Below, one piece after another: positions 33,939-45,934 of a stretch of DNA of 64,000 bases. Under the pieces are notes generated by a model that saw only the letters and a list, made by a program, of their open reading frames with translations, ran no database searches and had not been told where the DNA came from. Both the position numbers and the translations under genes were made by a program. Location: NCBI GenBank assembly GCA_963797715.1, contig CAWCQS010000011.1:120802-184801 (forward strand), read 5' to 3'. How positions within the stretch are numbered: position 1 is the first letter of the stretch; each line of letters opens with the position of its first letter. This DNA is from an uncultured Acidobacteriota bacterium. GTDB lineage: Bacteria > Acidobacteriota > Vicinamibacteria > Vicinamibacterales > 2-12-FULL-66-21.

Positions 33939-35159
33939 TCATTTCATCCGGTTGTACTTCTTCAACGTCGCGACGACGCGGTCGCCAGGCAAACCAAAGA
34001 CGCGGATGCCGTCAGCGCCAGTCATCGTCTGTGCCGCGAGCATGGCGTTGACGACCGCTTCCTCGGTGGCATCGATCGTCGCCTGAAAGAGCGGATCGAT
34101 TCGATCGTTCGGCAGCATGGTGAGCGCCGGCGTGCCCTCGGCCTTGGCGGCGCCGGGGTTGGCGGTGGAAAACGCGAGAAACAAATCCCCCGATGAATTG
34201 CCTGCGAAACTGCCCAGTCGTCCGAGCCCAAGGCTCACGCGCCTGGCGATGCGCTCGAGCTGGTGGGGTAGCAGCGGCGCGTTCGTGGCAACGATGACGA
34301 TGATGGATCCGCGGCCTTCGTGATCGGCGATGCTCCCGTCGTCCGCCGCACCTTGTCCTGATGCCGGGCATCGAGGAATGCCGGCCGTCCAGGGTCTGCT
34401 CAATGGTGGCGAGAGTACCGTGCAGGTTCGAAGGTCGGTGATCTCGGAACGAATCGGCACGCCGAGGATTCTGAGGTCGCCGCCGTAATTGCATTGCACG
34501 AGCACGCCGACGATGTAGTCACCCTGAGCAGGCGTCAGCACGCGCGATGCGGTACCGATGCCACCCTTGAATCCGTTACAGCCCATTCCCGTGCCGCCGC
34601 CGACCGCCCCTTCCTGGACCGGTCCGGTTCTCGTGGCATCGAGCGCCGCAAACGCGTGTGCAGCCTTGACGTGCTCGCCGTTGGCATCGTTCAAGAAGTC
34701 AAACGTCTCAGCGACGATCGGATAGGTGAAGATGAACTGGCGGCCGTTCTTGATCTGCCATTGAATCGCCGCGTCGCGCACGGTGCCGACGCTGTGCGTT
34801 CCCGTCAACAGGATCGGTCCCTCGAGAAAACCGGATTCCTTGATCCAGTTGATGCCTGTCATGTCGCCGTTGCCGTTCTGGTTGAACGTCGCGGCAAACA
34901 CGGGATCCCAATTGCCGCGCGGGCGCGGGAGAATCGCTGTGACGCCTGTCCGGATCGGGCCTTTGCCCGGTACGAGTTTGCCCTCGCCTTCGATGAGCGT
35001 CACATGTCCGACCGCGACACCAGGGACATCTGTGATGGCGTTCAGCGGACCAGTCTGGCCAGGAAATGGAATTCCTAGATCGCGACCGCGCGGGCGAGTC
35101 TGTGCCGCGCCCGAGACTGCGGTGACTGCAGCCATTAAGAGCCCGACTACCAGTCGCAT
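33939..35159 (-). CDS. dmpA: P1/S58 family aminopeptidase (DmpA-like), secreted
   Basis: GPLNAITDVPGVAVGH, RTGVTAILP, NGNGDMTG, KGGIGTASR, G|SIIVIVATNAPL autoprocessing site. Confidence 0.9.
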   Translation of the reverse strand: MRLVVGLLMAAVTAVSGAAQTRPRGRDLGIPFPGQTGPLNAITDVPGVAVGHVTLIEGEGKLVPGKGPIRTGVTAILPRPRGNWDPVFAATFNQNGNGDMTGINWIKESGFLEGPILLTGTHSVGTVRDAAIQWQIKNGRQFIFTYPIVAETFDFLNDANGEHVKAAHAFAALDATRTGPVQEGAVGGGTGMGCNGFKGGIGTASRVLTPAQGDYIVGVLVQCNYGGDLRILGVPIRSEITDLRTCTVLSPPLSRPWTAGIPRCPASGQGAADDGSIADHEGRGSIIVIVATNAPLLPHQLERIARRVSLGLGRLGSFAGNSSGDLFLAFSTANPGAAKAEGTPALTMLPNDRIDPLFQATIDATEEAVVNAMLAAQTMTGADGIRVFGLPGDRVVATLKKYNRMK

Positions 35160-35178
35160 GATGGCTGCTCCTTGTCTT

Positions 35179-36042
35179 TTACGGCAGACCCTTTTGATAG
35201 AGCGCGAGCAATCGGCTCCAGGCTTTCTCGGCCTGTGGCTCGTTGTAGACGCCTGAATCGGGTGGGCACCAGCCGTGCGCCGCGCCCTCGTACACTTCGA
35301 TCTCCGCCGGCACATTCGCGCTGGCAAACGTCTCCTTGAGGACATCCTTCTCCTTCGGAGACCGCGCGTCGTCGTTCGCGGCAATCGCGACCAGGAACTG
35401 TGCCTTCGTCTTCGCTGCCAGCAGGTGCGGACTGTTCGGCGTGTCGTTCACGAGGCCGCCGCCATGGAACGACGCGACCGCGCCGACACGGTCGGGCACC
35501 GCCGCCGCGGTACGAAACGCTATCGGGCCGCCCATGCAGTAGCCCTGGGTGCCAACCTTCCGGTTCTTGGCAACCGAGGGCTGCTGATCCAGCCATGCGA
35601 TAAAAGCTTTCGCGTCGGTCATCTGCGTTGTTTCGTTGAGCGCCTGCGCGAGTGGCCGCAGCTCGGGGATCGGCGTTGCCGCGCCCTTCTCCGCGGTTGG
35701 CGCCTTCTTGACGCGATAGAACGGATTCACGACCAGGACCGAATAGCCAGACTCGGCGAGCCGCTTGCCCATCTGGCGGAACGCAGGCCGAAGTCCGAAG
35801 ATGTCCGGCCAGATCAGGACACCTGCTGCCGCGCCCGTCGCCGGGTGCACGAAGTAGCAGTCGGCGGTGCCATCGGGCGTCGTCACGGTCACGTCCGATT
35901 CTGTTACCGCGACCGCATTGGCGACCTGCGGGAGCATCAGGGAGATCCCCGCCCCGACGAGCACGCCGAACTGCCGGCGTGTCACCTGGCCGAGGGCCTC
36001 GAATTGCTTCCGATCGTCCTCAAAATGATCTTGATCGCACAT
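35179..36042 (-). CDS. Dienelactone hydrolase family protein with Tat-like N-terminus
   Basis: TRRQFG; WPDIFGLR, GYCMGG, SFHGG, AAHGWCPPD. Confidence 0.92.
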   Translation of the reverse strand: MCDQDHFEDDRKQFEALGQVTRRQFGVLVGAGISLMLPQVANAVAVTESDVTVTTPDGTADCYFVHPATGAAAGVLIWPDIFGLRPAFRQMGKRLAESGYSVLVVNPFYRVKKAPTAEKGAATPIPELRPLAQALNETTQMTDAKAFIAWLDQQPSVAKNRKVGTQGYCMGGPIAFRTAAAVPDRVGAVASFHGGGLVNDTPNSPHLLAAKTKAQFLVAIAANDDARSPKEKDVLKETFASANVPAEIEVYEGAAHGWCPPDSGVYNEPQAEKAWSRLLALYQKGLP

Positions 36043-36159
36043 GTGCGCTCCTTCTCGCTAGTGATTGCCGTGCAGGCAGAAGTATGCGTCAGGGCGGGCG
36101 GATTCGCCAGCCGGGATGGACCGGGGTTCTTTGACAGGAAGCGAAGAGGACGTCGAGCG

Positions 36160-39075
36160 CTATTGGTCGTCGTCTTTGATCGTGCCAACCGCGACGCCTG
36201 CGGCAATGGTCGCGTTCTGCGGCAACGACAACTGCAGCGTGAACGTTTCCAATGTTTCGCTCAGGTTGTCGCCGACGATCGGCACTTTGATCGTCGCCGT
36301 CCGGCTCCCGCGGGGGATATACAGTGTCCCCGAGGTGGCCACGAAATCCACTCCGCTTATTGCCGAGCCACTCGACGTTTGGTAAGCCACGGACACGGAG
36401 CTTACCGCTGGCGGCGGACAAGGTGACGGTAAAGACGGCATTGAACCGTGTTGTCGGCTTCGGTGACCGTCATATTGGCGATCTCAATGGACGGTGCGGG
36501 GTCGTCGTCGAGTACGGTACCGACGACGGATACAACCTTGATCGTGGCATTGACGGGTTCACTGAGCGCCAGCCCAAACGATTCGTCGGGCTCGTCGGTC
36601 GCGTCAGCGATGACACTTACGGGTACAGACATGCTGGTCACGCCAGGCGCGAACGTCAGCGTGCCGGCTGCAGCGGAATAGTCGATCCCCGCCTTCGCCG
36701 ACTTGTCGAACGTGGCATAGCGCACTGACACGGTCTGGCCCGTCGCCGCACTGAGTTTTACCGTGAACAGGATCGTCGGCGCCGGGCCGGTACCTTCCGT
36801 AATGGTCTTGTTGCCCACGCTCAGCGAAGGCGCTGTTCCCGGGACGAAGACAGCCCGATAGGTCGTCGCCGTTGATGGCGCGGTGACGTTATGACTCTGT
36901 GCGTCGCCGTCCGACCAGCTGCTGAACTTGTAGCTCGTCACCCCGAGCGACTGCGGCGCTGGCGCGCTCAGCGAGTTGCTCGATCCGACGATGACTCGCC
37001 GAGTGAATGGCGCAACTGTCGAATTGGTGCCTACCGCGATCCGTAAACCCGCCGGCGCACTCTCGAACGTCAGATCGACGGTCTTCGGTTGCAGCGTCAC
37101 CATGGTCGTGCCGGTCGCGCCGCCACTGTCTCTGACAGTCAGGCGCAGCTCCAGGTATGACGGATATTCGTGGTCGGGTGCCGTGAACTGTCCGTTCGCG
37201 ACACCATCGAACTCCTGGATGGAGTGCTGATGGCACGTGGACGAACAGTGCTGCATAGTCAACGTCCACGTCATGGCTGAAGCCGGCAGCGGTCCGTCCT
37301 CCGGATCGGTCGCCGTACCGTTGAAGGCGATCACATCGCCAACTTTCCATGTCAGCGTCGAGGACGGATCGACGATGGCGGCAGTCGGACTCGCGTTGTC
37401 GACGGAGATAGTGAGGGTCGCGATGTCGCTCAGTCCATCGCTGTCGGTGACGCGCAATCTCGCCGTGTGGTTGCCAGGCGCGGTGTACGTATAGCCGGCA
37501 GTCGGTTGATTGCCGTCGTCAAACACGACCATCGTCGTCGAGATCCCAGGCGTAAGTAAGCGACGAGTCGTCGGGATCCCCGGAACCCGCGGACGTAAAC
37601 GACACGGTGAGCGGCGCAGGTCCCGATGACGGCGTTGCCGCCGCCACGGCTTTCGGCGCCTTGTACTGCACGCGCATGATGCGCCCGCCCGTCAAGTCGA
37701 CGTAGAAGAGATCGCCCGAAGGCCCAATCGTCAACTGCACGGGGTTCGACGCGCCGGCCACGAACGTCAGTCGACGCGTCGGATCTGGAAGGCCCGAGGC
37801 GCCGGGCAGCATCGCCCAGATGCAGTCGCGGCTGTAGTCGGCGAAGAAGAGCGCGCCGTGATACTGCGACGGGTACGTGCCCTGACCGTAGAAGGCCAAG
37901 CCGGAGATCGACGAGCCTCCGACGGGACAGGTCTCGTTCGCCACCACTGGCTCGCTGTGGCTATAGGTGTAGTACGGCGGCGTCACCGCGGTGAAACCGG
38001 CGCCGGCGTACAGCTTCTCGCAGATATCCAGATTGGCGGCGTCGTAGCCCGACTGGCGGCCGGCTCCCTCGTAACACGGCCAGCCGAAGTTCCTGACCGA
38101 TCCGTCAGTCGGAGAAACGATTCGATTGATCTCTTCCCAGGAACCCTGGCCGACATCGCCGATCCAGATCTCGTGCGTGCCCGGCCGAATCGTGATCCGG
38201 AACGGATTGCGAAGCCCGTAGGCGATGATGCGATCGTCGTCGGTGAAGAGTCCCCCGGCGAGGGGGTTGTTCGGGAGCGCTTCACCAGTAAGGGGATCGA
38301 TGCGCAGCACAGTGCCGCTGAAGCCGGTGGGGTCGCCCGTGACCTCCCGGTCCTGGCTCCGGAGCGCTCCGCCTTCAGCGGAAGGCGGTGTCTGGGTACC
38401 GCCTTCACCGACGGGCGGATCGCCACAGGGGTTGACGGGACCTCCATCCTGACCGTAGTCAACGAAGTTGAAGCTGGCGCCGTCGCCTCCACTGACGTAG
38501 AGCGCGCCGTCGCTGCCGAACGCCAGGCTGCCGATCGAGTGGCTGGGATACTGTTGACACCAATCCTCGAGGAAGATGATCTCCGGACCAACCGCGGCGT
38601 TCCCGGAGGCCGTGAGACGTGACAGCCGCGCGCCGACAACGCATCCGTCCGCGGTGGCACCGGGCGGAGTCGGGCACGGGTCGGTCGTCATGCCAGCGAC
38701 GCCCCATCGCGGCGCGACGCCGCCGATCGGCGCATCCAGGCTATACAAGACGTACACATAAGGTGTGGTGGGGAAGTCGGGGTGCAACTCGAGGCCGAGC
38801 AGGCCGCGATCCCAGAAGTTGTGCACGTTCGTTCGCAGGTCCGCGAAGACGGTCGGCGTCGTATCCGACAGGTTGGCGAAGACTTTGATCAGGCCGCTCT
38901 TCTCGGCGACGAAGACGCGGCCGTCTGGCGCGAACTTGACGGCGGTCGGTTGCGTCAGCCCGGTGAAGACTGCCGTCTGCTGAAAGCCCGCAGGGAGCGT
39001 TTGCGCGTGCACCGTGCGCGGCAGCAACGCGATGGCGATGGACAGCAAGAGAACGACTCGAGACGCAAGTGGCAT
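36160..39075 (-). CDS. Secreted PQQ-dependent sugar dehydrogenase-like beta-propeller with PKD and two Calx-beta domains (frameshifts ~37525, ~36445)
   Basis: FAPDGRVFVAEK, DRGLLGL, AYGLRNPFR, NFGWPCYEG; YAWDLDDDG PKD; GTLTFAPG..DATDEPDESF Calx-beta. Confidence 0.85.
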
Positions 39076-39430
39076 GAAGAAACCCCAGTCGGCCCGTTGA
39101 TAAAATTGCATGCGAGTCGAGCTAGAGTTGTGCCACGTGCGACTTACAGGAATCGCACGAACTCGGTTCAGTTCTGAAAGCTGGTTGTAAACGTCATGTA
39201 GAAGTCAGACAAATGTCTGCGCGTTGGGGGTCTTTATTTCAAAAGCACTGCTGACGCAGATTTTTGGGTTCGGATATGGCTGAGTTCTCTTGTCGAGCAC
39301 GGCAAAAGCATTTTACGCCATCAATAATAGGGAGGGACTTGCAGCGAGACGCCTTGAACCGCCGCCACGTTACTCAACTACCAGACACGACGCTCGATTC
39401 GAGAGCGGCTCTCGAGATCGCACGATGAGG

Positions 39431-41974
39431 ATGGCGCAGGGGACTGTCATCAGCTCGTACGAGGTGGTTGACGTCATCGGCGCGGGAGGCATGGGCGAAG
39501 TCTATCGAGCGCGCGACGTGCGCCTCGGGCGTGATGTCGCGCTCAAGCTTCTCCCCAGCGCTGCCGCGAGCGATGTGGAGCGCTTGCAGCGATTCGAGCA
39601 GGAGGCGCGGGCGACCGCGGCGCTCAACCACCCGAACATCACCGCTATCTACGACGTCGGCACCCACGACGGGCAGCCGTTTGTCGTGTCAGAGCTGCTC
39701 GAGGGCGAACCCCTTCGTGAGGTGCTCGTCCGCGGTCCGCTTCCGGTCCGAATCGCCGTCTCGTATGCGCAACAGATCGCTCGTGGACTGACGGCCGCCC
39801 ATCGCAAGGGTATCGTCCACCGGGATTTGAAGCCGGAGAACCTCTTCGTCACGCGACAAGGCTTCGTCAAGATCCTGGACTTCGGCCTTGCCAAGCTGAC
39901 GGCGCCGCTCGGTCCGTTGAACGCGGACAACGAGACGACCTCACCAGGGTTGATCCTCGGCACCGTCGGGTACATGTCACCCGAACAGGCGCGAGCAGAT
40001 CGTATCGATCATCGTTCCGACATCTTCGCGCTTGGCATCGTCCTCTACGAAATGCTCTCCGGGCGCAAGGCGTTTCACGGCGCATCGGCCGCAGACACGC
40101 TGTCGGCCATTCTGAAAGAGCAGCCGCCGGAGCTCAGTCAGATCGTCAGGGATGTGCCACCTGGCGTCGAGCGAATCGTCACGCGCTGCCTCGAGAAGGA
40201 TCGCGAGGATCGGTTTCAGTCCGCATCCGATCTCAGCTTCGCGCTCGAGGCAGTGTCAGGGTTCTCCACACCACCCGTTGACGTTTATATCCCCAGGAAA
40301 CGGCGGCCGTGGAGGTATGTTGGCGCTGCGATGCTCGCTGCGGTCGCGGTTGCCACGGGGGCGCTCGCCGCGGGCCGCTGGTTAGCGTCGAAGGAGCCGC
40401 CGCAATTCCGGCAGCTGACGTTCCGCCGCGGAACGGTGCAGGCGGCCCGCTTTGCTCCTGATGCCCAGACAATCGTGTACGCTGCCGCGTGGGAGGGCAA
40501 TCCTGCCGAGCTCTTCTCGACACGGCCGGAAGCACCCGAGGCGCGCTCGCTGCAACTGACCTCGGCTGGTTTGTTCGCGCTGTCGTCGAAGGGTGACATG
40601 GCGCTGGCCCTCGAGCCACGCGGGTTTGGCCTCGTCGAAGGCACCCTCGCGAGGGCAGCGCTCGCCGGCGGCGTCCCGCGGCAGCTCGCAAAGAACGTGC
40701 TGGCCGCAGACTGGGCGCCAGATGGTTCCGAACTGGCGGCGGTGCAGTCGATTAAGGGGCACAGCGTTCTGCAGTATCCGATCGGCAAGACCATTCACGA
40801 TCCGGCGCCCGCCAACATCACTCATATCCGGTTCTCGCCATCGGGCGATGCGATCGCGTTCCTCTCTCATCCCGTCGCCGGCGATACCGCAGGATCCGTG
40901 ATGCTCTCGGATCTGGAAGGCAGGACGAAGACGCTGTCGACAGGATGGAACAGCGTTCTCGGACTCGGATGGTCGCCCGACGGGCGTGAAGTGTGGTTCA
41001 CGGGCACCCGATCGGGAGCGGCGCAAGCGCTCTACGCGGTGACGCGAGCGGGTGTCGAACGTCTGCTCGTCGGCGCGCCCGCGACGTTGACGTTGCACGA
41101 CGTCTCGAGCGACGGACGGGTCCTGCTGACGCGGGACGCGTGGGGTGCCGGCGTGATCGCGTTGCCACCAGGCAGCGGCCGCGAGCGAGACCTGTCGTGG
41201 CTCGATGGGTCGACGGCCTGGGATCTCTCCGCTGACGGGGAGACGATGATCCTGGAGGAGTCGTGGGAGGCGGGTGGCGCTGCGCGGGCCATTTACCTGC
41301 GCACCACCGACGGCGCACCCGCGATTCGGCTTGGCGAAGGGGTTCCGCTGGCGCTGTCATTCGACAAGCAATGGGTGATCGCCACCAGCGTCGCCGGCGA
41401 TCGGATGACGCTGCTGCCAACGGGCGTCGGTCAGCAAAAAACATTGGCGCGCGGCGGCATTACGAACTACTTTCCAGCGGCGCGCTGGTTGCCGAACGGC
41501 CGCGAGATCCTGTTGTCGGCGACCGAAGCGGGCAAGCGAAGCCGAATTTATCTGCAGTCGGTCGACGGAGGAGACCCGAGGCCGATCACGCAGGAAGGTG
41601 TTTTCGGACGCATGGCCGTGCTTCCCGACGGCAAGCGGTTCATCACGCGAGGGCTCGATCGAAGGCTCGCCGTGTTCTCGCTGGATGGCGGCGAGGGCAA
41701 ACCGATCGCTGGCGCCGACGCGCGCGATCTGCCGATCGTCATCAGCGCCGACGGCACGTCGCTCTACGTGCACGCGGGTGCTGACATGCCGGCGCAAATT
41801 GCCTCGATAAATCTCCGCACCGGCGAGCGCAACATCGTCCGCACGTTGCTGCCGCCGGACCCGTCTGGCGTCACGAGCATTCTTCGGATCGTCATGACGC
41901 CGGATGCCCGTTCGTACGCGTATACGTACGTTCGGGCGATATCGGCGCTGTACCTGCTTGCGGGAATTCGGTGA
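39431..41974 (+). CDS. Ser/Thr protein kinase with TM segment and PD40/TolB-like beta-propeller
   Basis: [34 protein letters not shown]; repeated WSPDG-like motifs. Confidence 0.95.
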   Translation: MAQGTVISSYEVVDVIGAGGMGEVYRARDVRLGRDVALKLLPSAAASDVERLQRFEQEARATAALNHPNITAIYDVGTHDGQPFVVSELLEGEPLREVLVRGPLPVRIAVSYAQQIARGLTAAHRKGIVHRDLKPENLFVTRQGFVKILDFGLAKLTAPLGPLNADNETTSPGLILGTVGYMSPEQARADRIDHRSDIFALGIVLYEMLSGRKAFHGASAADTLSAILKEQPPELSQIVRDVPPGVERIVTRCLEKDREDRFQSASDLSFALEAVSGFSTPPVDVYIPRKRRPWRYVGAAMLAAVAVATGALAAGRWLASKEPPQFRQLTFRRGTVQAARFAPDAQTIVYAAAWEGNPAELFSTRPEAPEARSLQLTSAGLFALSSKGDMALALEPRGFGLVEGTLARAALAGGVPRQLAKNVLAADWAPDGSELAAVQSIKGHSVLQYPIGKTIHDPAPANITHIRFSPSGDAIAFLSHPVAGDTAGSVMLSDLEGRTKTLSTGWNSVLGLGWSPDGREVWFTGTRSGAAQALYAVTRAGVERLLVGAPATLTLHDVSSDGRVLLTRDAWGAGVIALPPGSGRERDLSWLDGSTAWDLSADGETMILEESWEAGGAARAIYLRTTDGAPAIRLGEGVPLALSFDKQWVIATSVAGDRMTLLPTGVGQQKTLARGGITNYFPAARWLPNGREILLSATEAGKRSRIYLQSVDGGDPRPITQEGVFGRMAVLPDGKRFITRGLDRRLAVFSLDGGEGKPIAGADARDLPIVISADGTSLYVHAGADMPAQIASINLRTGERNIVRTLLPPDPSGVTSILRIVMTPDARSYAYTYVRAISALYLLAGIR

Positions 41975-41984
41975 CGCAACGCCC

Positions 41985-44418
41985 ATGACGACCATCCTTC
42001 GCGACGCGCGGTTCGGCCTTCGGCTCCTTCGCCGGCATCCCGGCTTCACGACGGTCGCCGTCTTGACCTTGGCGCTCGGCATCGCCGCAACGACGGCCAT
42101 CTTCAGCGTTGTCTACGGTCTCTTCCTGGCGCCGCTGCCGGACCACAAAGCCGACCGCCTCGTCATGGTCTGGGAATATCAGCAGGGCGAGCGCGCAGGC
42201 GCGTCGCCGAAAAGCTTCACGGAATGGAAGCGTGAGGCAACGCCCTTCGCCGACATCAACGCCTGGGGCGGCCGCAGCGTCAACCTCGCGACCGCGGATC
42301 GGCCCGAGAACGTTCCGGCCGGCGTCGCGACGCCAGGCTTTCTCGCCATGCTCGGCTACGGCCATCCGCTCGCGCTCGGCCGTACGTTTCGCGAGGAAGA
42401 GGGCAGACCCGGGCAGGACCGCGTCGTCATCCTGACTTACCGGCTGTGGCAGGACCGCTTCGGCGGCGATCCGCAAATCGTCGGACAGCACGTTCGCGTG
42501 AACGACGAGCCGCACACCGTTGTCGGCGTGCTGGGGGAGGGACCGGCCGACCATCAACAGAACAAGGTGTGGTTGCCACTGGCATTCACCGAGGCGCAGC
42601 GGCAGTCGGACAACACGTCGCTGCTGGTCATGGCCCGACTCAAGGATGACGTCACCGTAGAGCAGGCGAACGCGAGCATGGCGGCTCTCGGCGCACGGCT
42701 GGAGCAAGAACGTCCGCAACGGCGCGAGGGCTGGACGGTACGCGTCCAACAGTTCCGCAACAACTTCGTCCGCGACAGCACCAAACGCGGAATCTGGCTC
42801 CTGCTCGGCGCCGTGATATTCGTCCTGCTCATCGCCTGCGCGAACGTGGCGAACCTGCTCCTGGCGCGAGGCGCTTCGCGTCAGCGCGAACTGGCGATTC
42901 GGGCGGCCATCGGCGCGACGCCCTCATCCATTGTCCGGCAGCTACTCGTCGAGAGCATCGTGCTGGCCCTCGCCGGTGGATTGCTCGGCGCGTTGCTCGC
43001 CTCGTCCATCGTTGACGCAATCGTGGCGCTGATGCCTCCGTTCACGCTCCCCTCCGAGACGGAGATCACGATCAGCATTCCGGTGCTGCTCTTCGCCTTC
43101 GCTGTGTGCACGCTGGCGGGGATCGCCGCCGGCCTCGCTCCGGCGTGGCAGGCATCGCGGGCGAGCGCGGCCGAAACGATGAAGGAAGGCGGCCGCACGA
43201 TCGGCGATCGCCGCTTCGGCCTTCGACGCGCGCTGGTCGTGGTGGAATTCGCGCTGGCCCTGACACTGCTCGCCGGTGGCGGCATGGCCGTCCACGCGAT
43301 GGTGCGGACGATGACGGTCGATCTCGGCTTCACTGCCGATCATCTGACGACGTTCGAACTTCCGGTGCCGCGTGGGCGCCTCACGACGCCAGAGCACGCG
43401 CAAGGCTTTTACGCGTCGCTGTCGGAACGAATTGCGGCGCTCCCGGGCGTGACGTCGGCATCAGTCTCAACTGGCATGCCGGTGCGGGGATCTGGTTTTT
43501 GGCGGCCGGTCGAAGTCGCCGGCGCGCGCGGTCGCGAGTCCCGACGCTCGGCGGTGGATCCCCGTGAACATGGTGACACCGTCCTATCACGCCACCTTCG
43601 GCATCGACATCCGTCGCGGACGCACGTTCACCGAGACCGATGTCGCTGGTGGCCGGCCGGTGGCCATCGTCAACGAATCCTTTGCCAGGCTGTTTCTTGC
43701 CGGACGGGATCCTCTCGGGCAGCGCATCCTGATGTCACCGTTCACGTTCGAGACTCCTGGCGCACCGATGCCCGCGCCGATCGAACGGGAGGTCGTTGGC
43801 GTGCAGGCCGACGCGGCCAACGCCGGGCCAGGCCGTCCCGCCAACCCAGAAGTCGTCGTGCCGTTCGCGCAGAATCCGTGGCCGAACGCACTCGTGGCCG
43901 TGCGGACGGCAGGCGTCGCGGCGCCGCAGACCGCGATTGCCGACATCCTCCGCACTGTGGATCCGACGCTGCCGATGACGCGCGTGCAGACGATCGAACA
44001 GACGTTGAGCGAGTCGACCGCGGCCGATCGTTTCTACACGGTATTCTTTGCCGCGTTTGCCGGCGTCGCGCTGGCGCTCGCGTCGATCGGGATCTACGGC
44101 GTCATGTCCTTCGTGGTCGCACAGCGCACGCACGAGATCGGACTGCGCATGGCGCTCGGCGGCAACACGAGTCAGGTGCTCGCCCAGGTGCTGCGCGAAG
44201 GCATGACGACGGCGCTGGCCGGGTGCGCGCTTGGCGCGATCGGCGCAGGGCTCATTGGACGGATGCTCGAAGGCGCAATCTACGGCGTCGAACCCACGAA
44301 TCCGATCACCTTTGCCGCCGTCGCGGTGACATTGCTGCTGGCGGCATTCGTCGCGTGCGTGGTACCCGCGCGCCGGGCGGCGTCAGTCGACCCGATGGTT
44401 GCGCTGCGCCAGGACTGA
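41985..44418 (+). CDS. ADOP family duplicated ABC permease (MacB/FtsX) (frameshift ~43520-43560)
   Basis: LRDARFGLRLLRRHPGF, LLIACANVANLLLAR, RELAIRAAIGA, QRTHEIGLRMALG, PARRAASVDPMVALR. Confidence 0.92.
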
Positions 44419-44589
44419 CAGTACGCACGCTGCGAGACATTCCCTGTCAAAAGCATTAACGCTGAGGACGCAGAGCCGCAGAGGAAACGCGAAGATCGCT
44501 CGGCCGATTGCGCGTGCGGTGGATGTTGGTCAGGGGAAAGTGGCGATACGAACGCCAGCCGATCGCCGTTATTGATGCACCTGTCGCCT

Positions 44590-44957
44590 CAGCGATACGG
44601 CGCTGGCGGTTTCCTCGCCGCTGACCTCGAGGGGCTCAGCATCATCACGGCGCGCCCGGCCAGACGCTGATGCTGGCCTCCAGTCAGGGCGACTCGAGCT
44701 TTCACTACTACCACGTCGGACCTCACCAGATTCGGCATCTCGGTTCGTTTCTGGTCGAGGGTGTAGGCGAGACCGATGGCGTGCACTACGCGCCCGTGCC
44801 GCTTGGCTCGAAGTATCCTCTCGGACTGCTGGTCGTCCAGAATGGTGATGCTCCGGATCCCGACGACACCAGCCCGATCAATGGCTATGAGTTCGACGGC
44901 GCAACCCAGTTCAAGTACGTCAGTCTGGCAGACACGCTGAAAGCGCTACGCCGCTGA
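44590..44957 (+). pseudogene. C-terminal fragment of a beta-propeller (3-)phytase
   Basis: LAADLEGLSII, LASSQGDSSF, GETDG, PLGSKYPLGLLVVQNG, QFKYV; no space for the N-terminal part after the upstream gene. Confidence 0.7.
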
Positions 44958-45044
44958 CGCGACCCGCTCAAGCCGTCCGAGACTTGCCGGTGACCACGAC
45001 GTCGACTTCAACGAGAATCTGTAACGCCACGCGCCTGGAGACCG

Positions 45045-45929
45045 TCAGCGCGTTGTGACTGCACCACGCATAGGATGAGGCTTCGGATCGGCGTCGGTCA
45101 TTCCAAGCGCCCACCGGATCGCTTCGAAATACATCTGTTGAACGTCGCGGATGTCCCAGATCGAGGATGCGTGGCCGAACGACGAGAAGAAAACCCGCCC
45201 CTTGCCATACGTCTTCGCCCAGGCCAGCGGATAGTCGCCGTTCAGGTGCAGGCTTGGGTTGGGCGGCACATTCGAGAGGTCGAGGCGCAGCAACACGTCG
45301 ATCTTCTCGCGTGAATGGTCCTTCGGCTGGTAGAACTCGTCGTTGAAGGCGAACGACGAGGGAAAGTGACGCGTTGCAGGGAAGTCGGGGTTCTCGTTGA
45401 CGATCGTTCCCGCCCCGACGATCGGATGCTGATCGAAACGGGCGCCAATAAGGTCGAGGAATTCAGGCCAGGATTCGAACGCGGTCAAGGCGACGTGTGC
45501 AGCGATGAAGCCGTGCCCGTCGCGGACGAACTGCAGCAGTTCTTCTTTCTGTGCCGCATCGATCGGAACCTCGCGATGGCCCATGAAGAAAATGGCGTCG
45601 ACGTTGGCCAGGCTCGGCCCGCCGCTGGCAGGTGTACCGTCAGTCTTCTTTGGCGTCTTGGCGATGATGTTCGAGTCGGTGCGAATCAACGTATCCCACA
45701 GCCCCGAGTCATAGCCGAGGCGCTCGATGACCGCCAGCGCGTGACCGACTGACTCGTGCTGCGCCTGTCCGTTGCGCGTGTCGGCCCACGCGAGCACTCG
45801 CTTGCGTGGTGTCCCAAGCGTTGCCCGTGTTCCGGCCGGCGCCTGGGCGCCCCCGCCAGTCTCTGAGAGCACGACACACACCAACACCAGCGCCGTGACG
45901 CCGATCGCGTACTCTCTCATGCCGCTCAT
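45045..45929 (-). CDS. Secreted ThuA domain-containing protein
   Basis: Signal peptide; QHESVGHA, FVRDGHGFIAAH, DEFY, PLAWAKTYGKGRVFFSSFGH. Confidence 0.88.
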   Translation of the reverse strand: MSGMREYAIGVTALVLVCVVLSETGGGAQAPAGTRATLGTPRKRVLAWADTRNGQAQHESVGHALAVIERLGYDSGLWDTLIRTDSNIIAKTPKKTDGTPASGGPSLANVDAIFFMGHREVPIDAAQKEELLQFVRDGHGFIAAHVALTAFESWPEFLDLIGARFDQHPIVGAGTIVNENPDFPATRHFPSSFAFNDEFYQPKDHSREKIDVLLRLDLSNVPPNPSLHLNGDYPLAWAKTYGKGRVFFSSFGHASSIWDIRDVQQMYFEAIRWALGMTDADPKPHPMRGAVTTR

Positions 45930-45934
45930 TGTTA

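Noticed and set aside
39120-39135. sigma54-like site TGGCACAACTCTAGC upstream of the PQQ/PKD/Calx-beta gene
   Set aside because: The -12 element deviates (TAGC versus TTGC); too weak to call without conservation data
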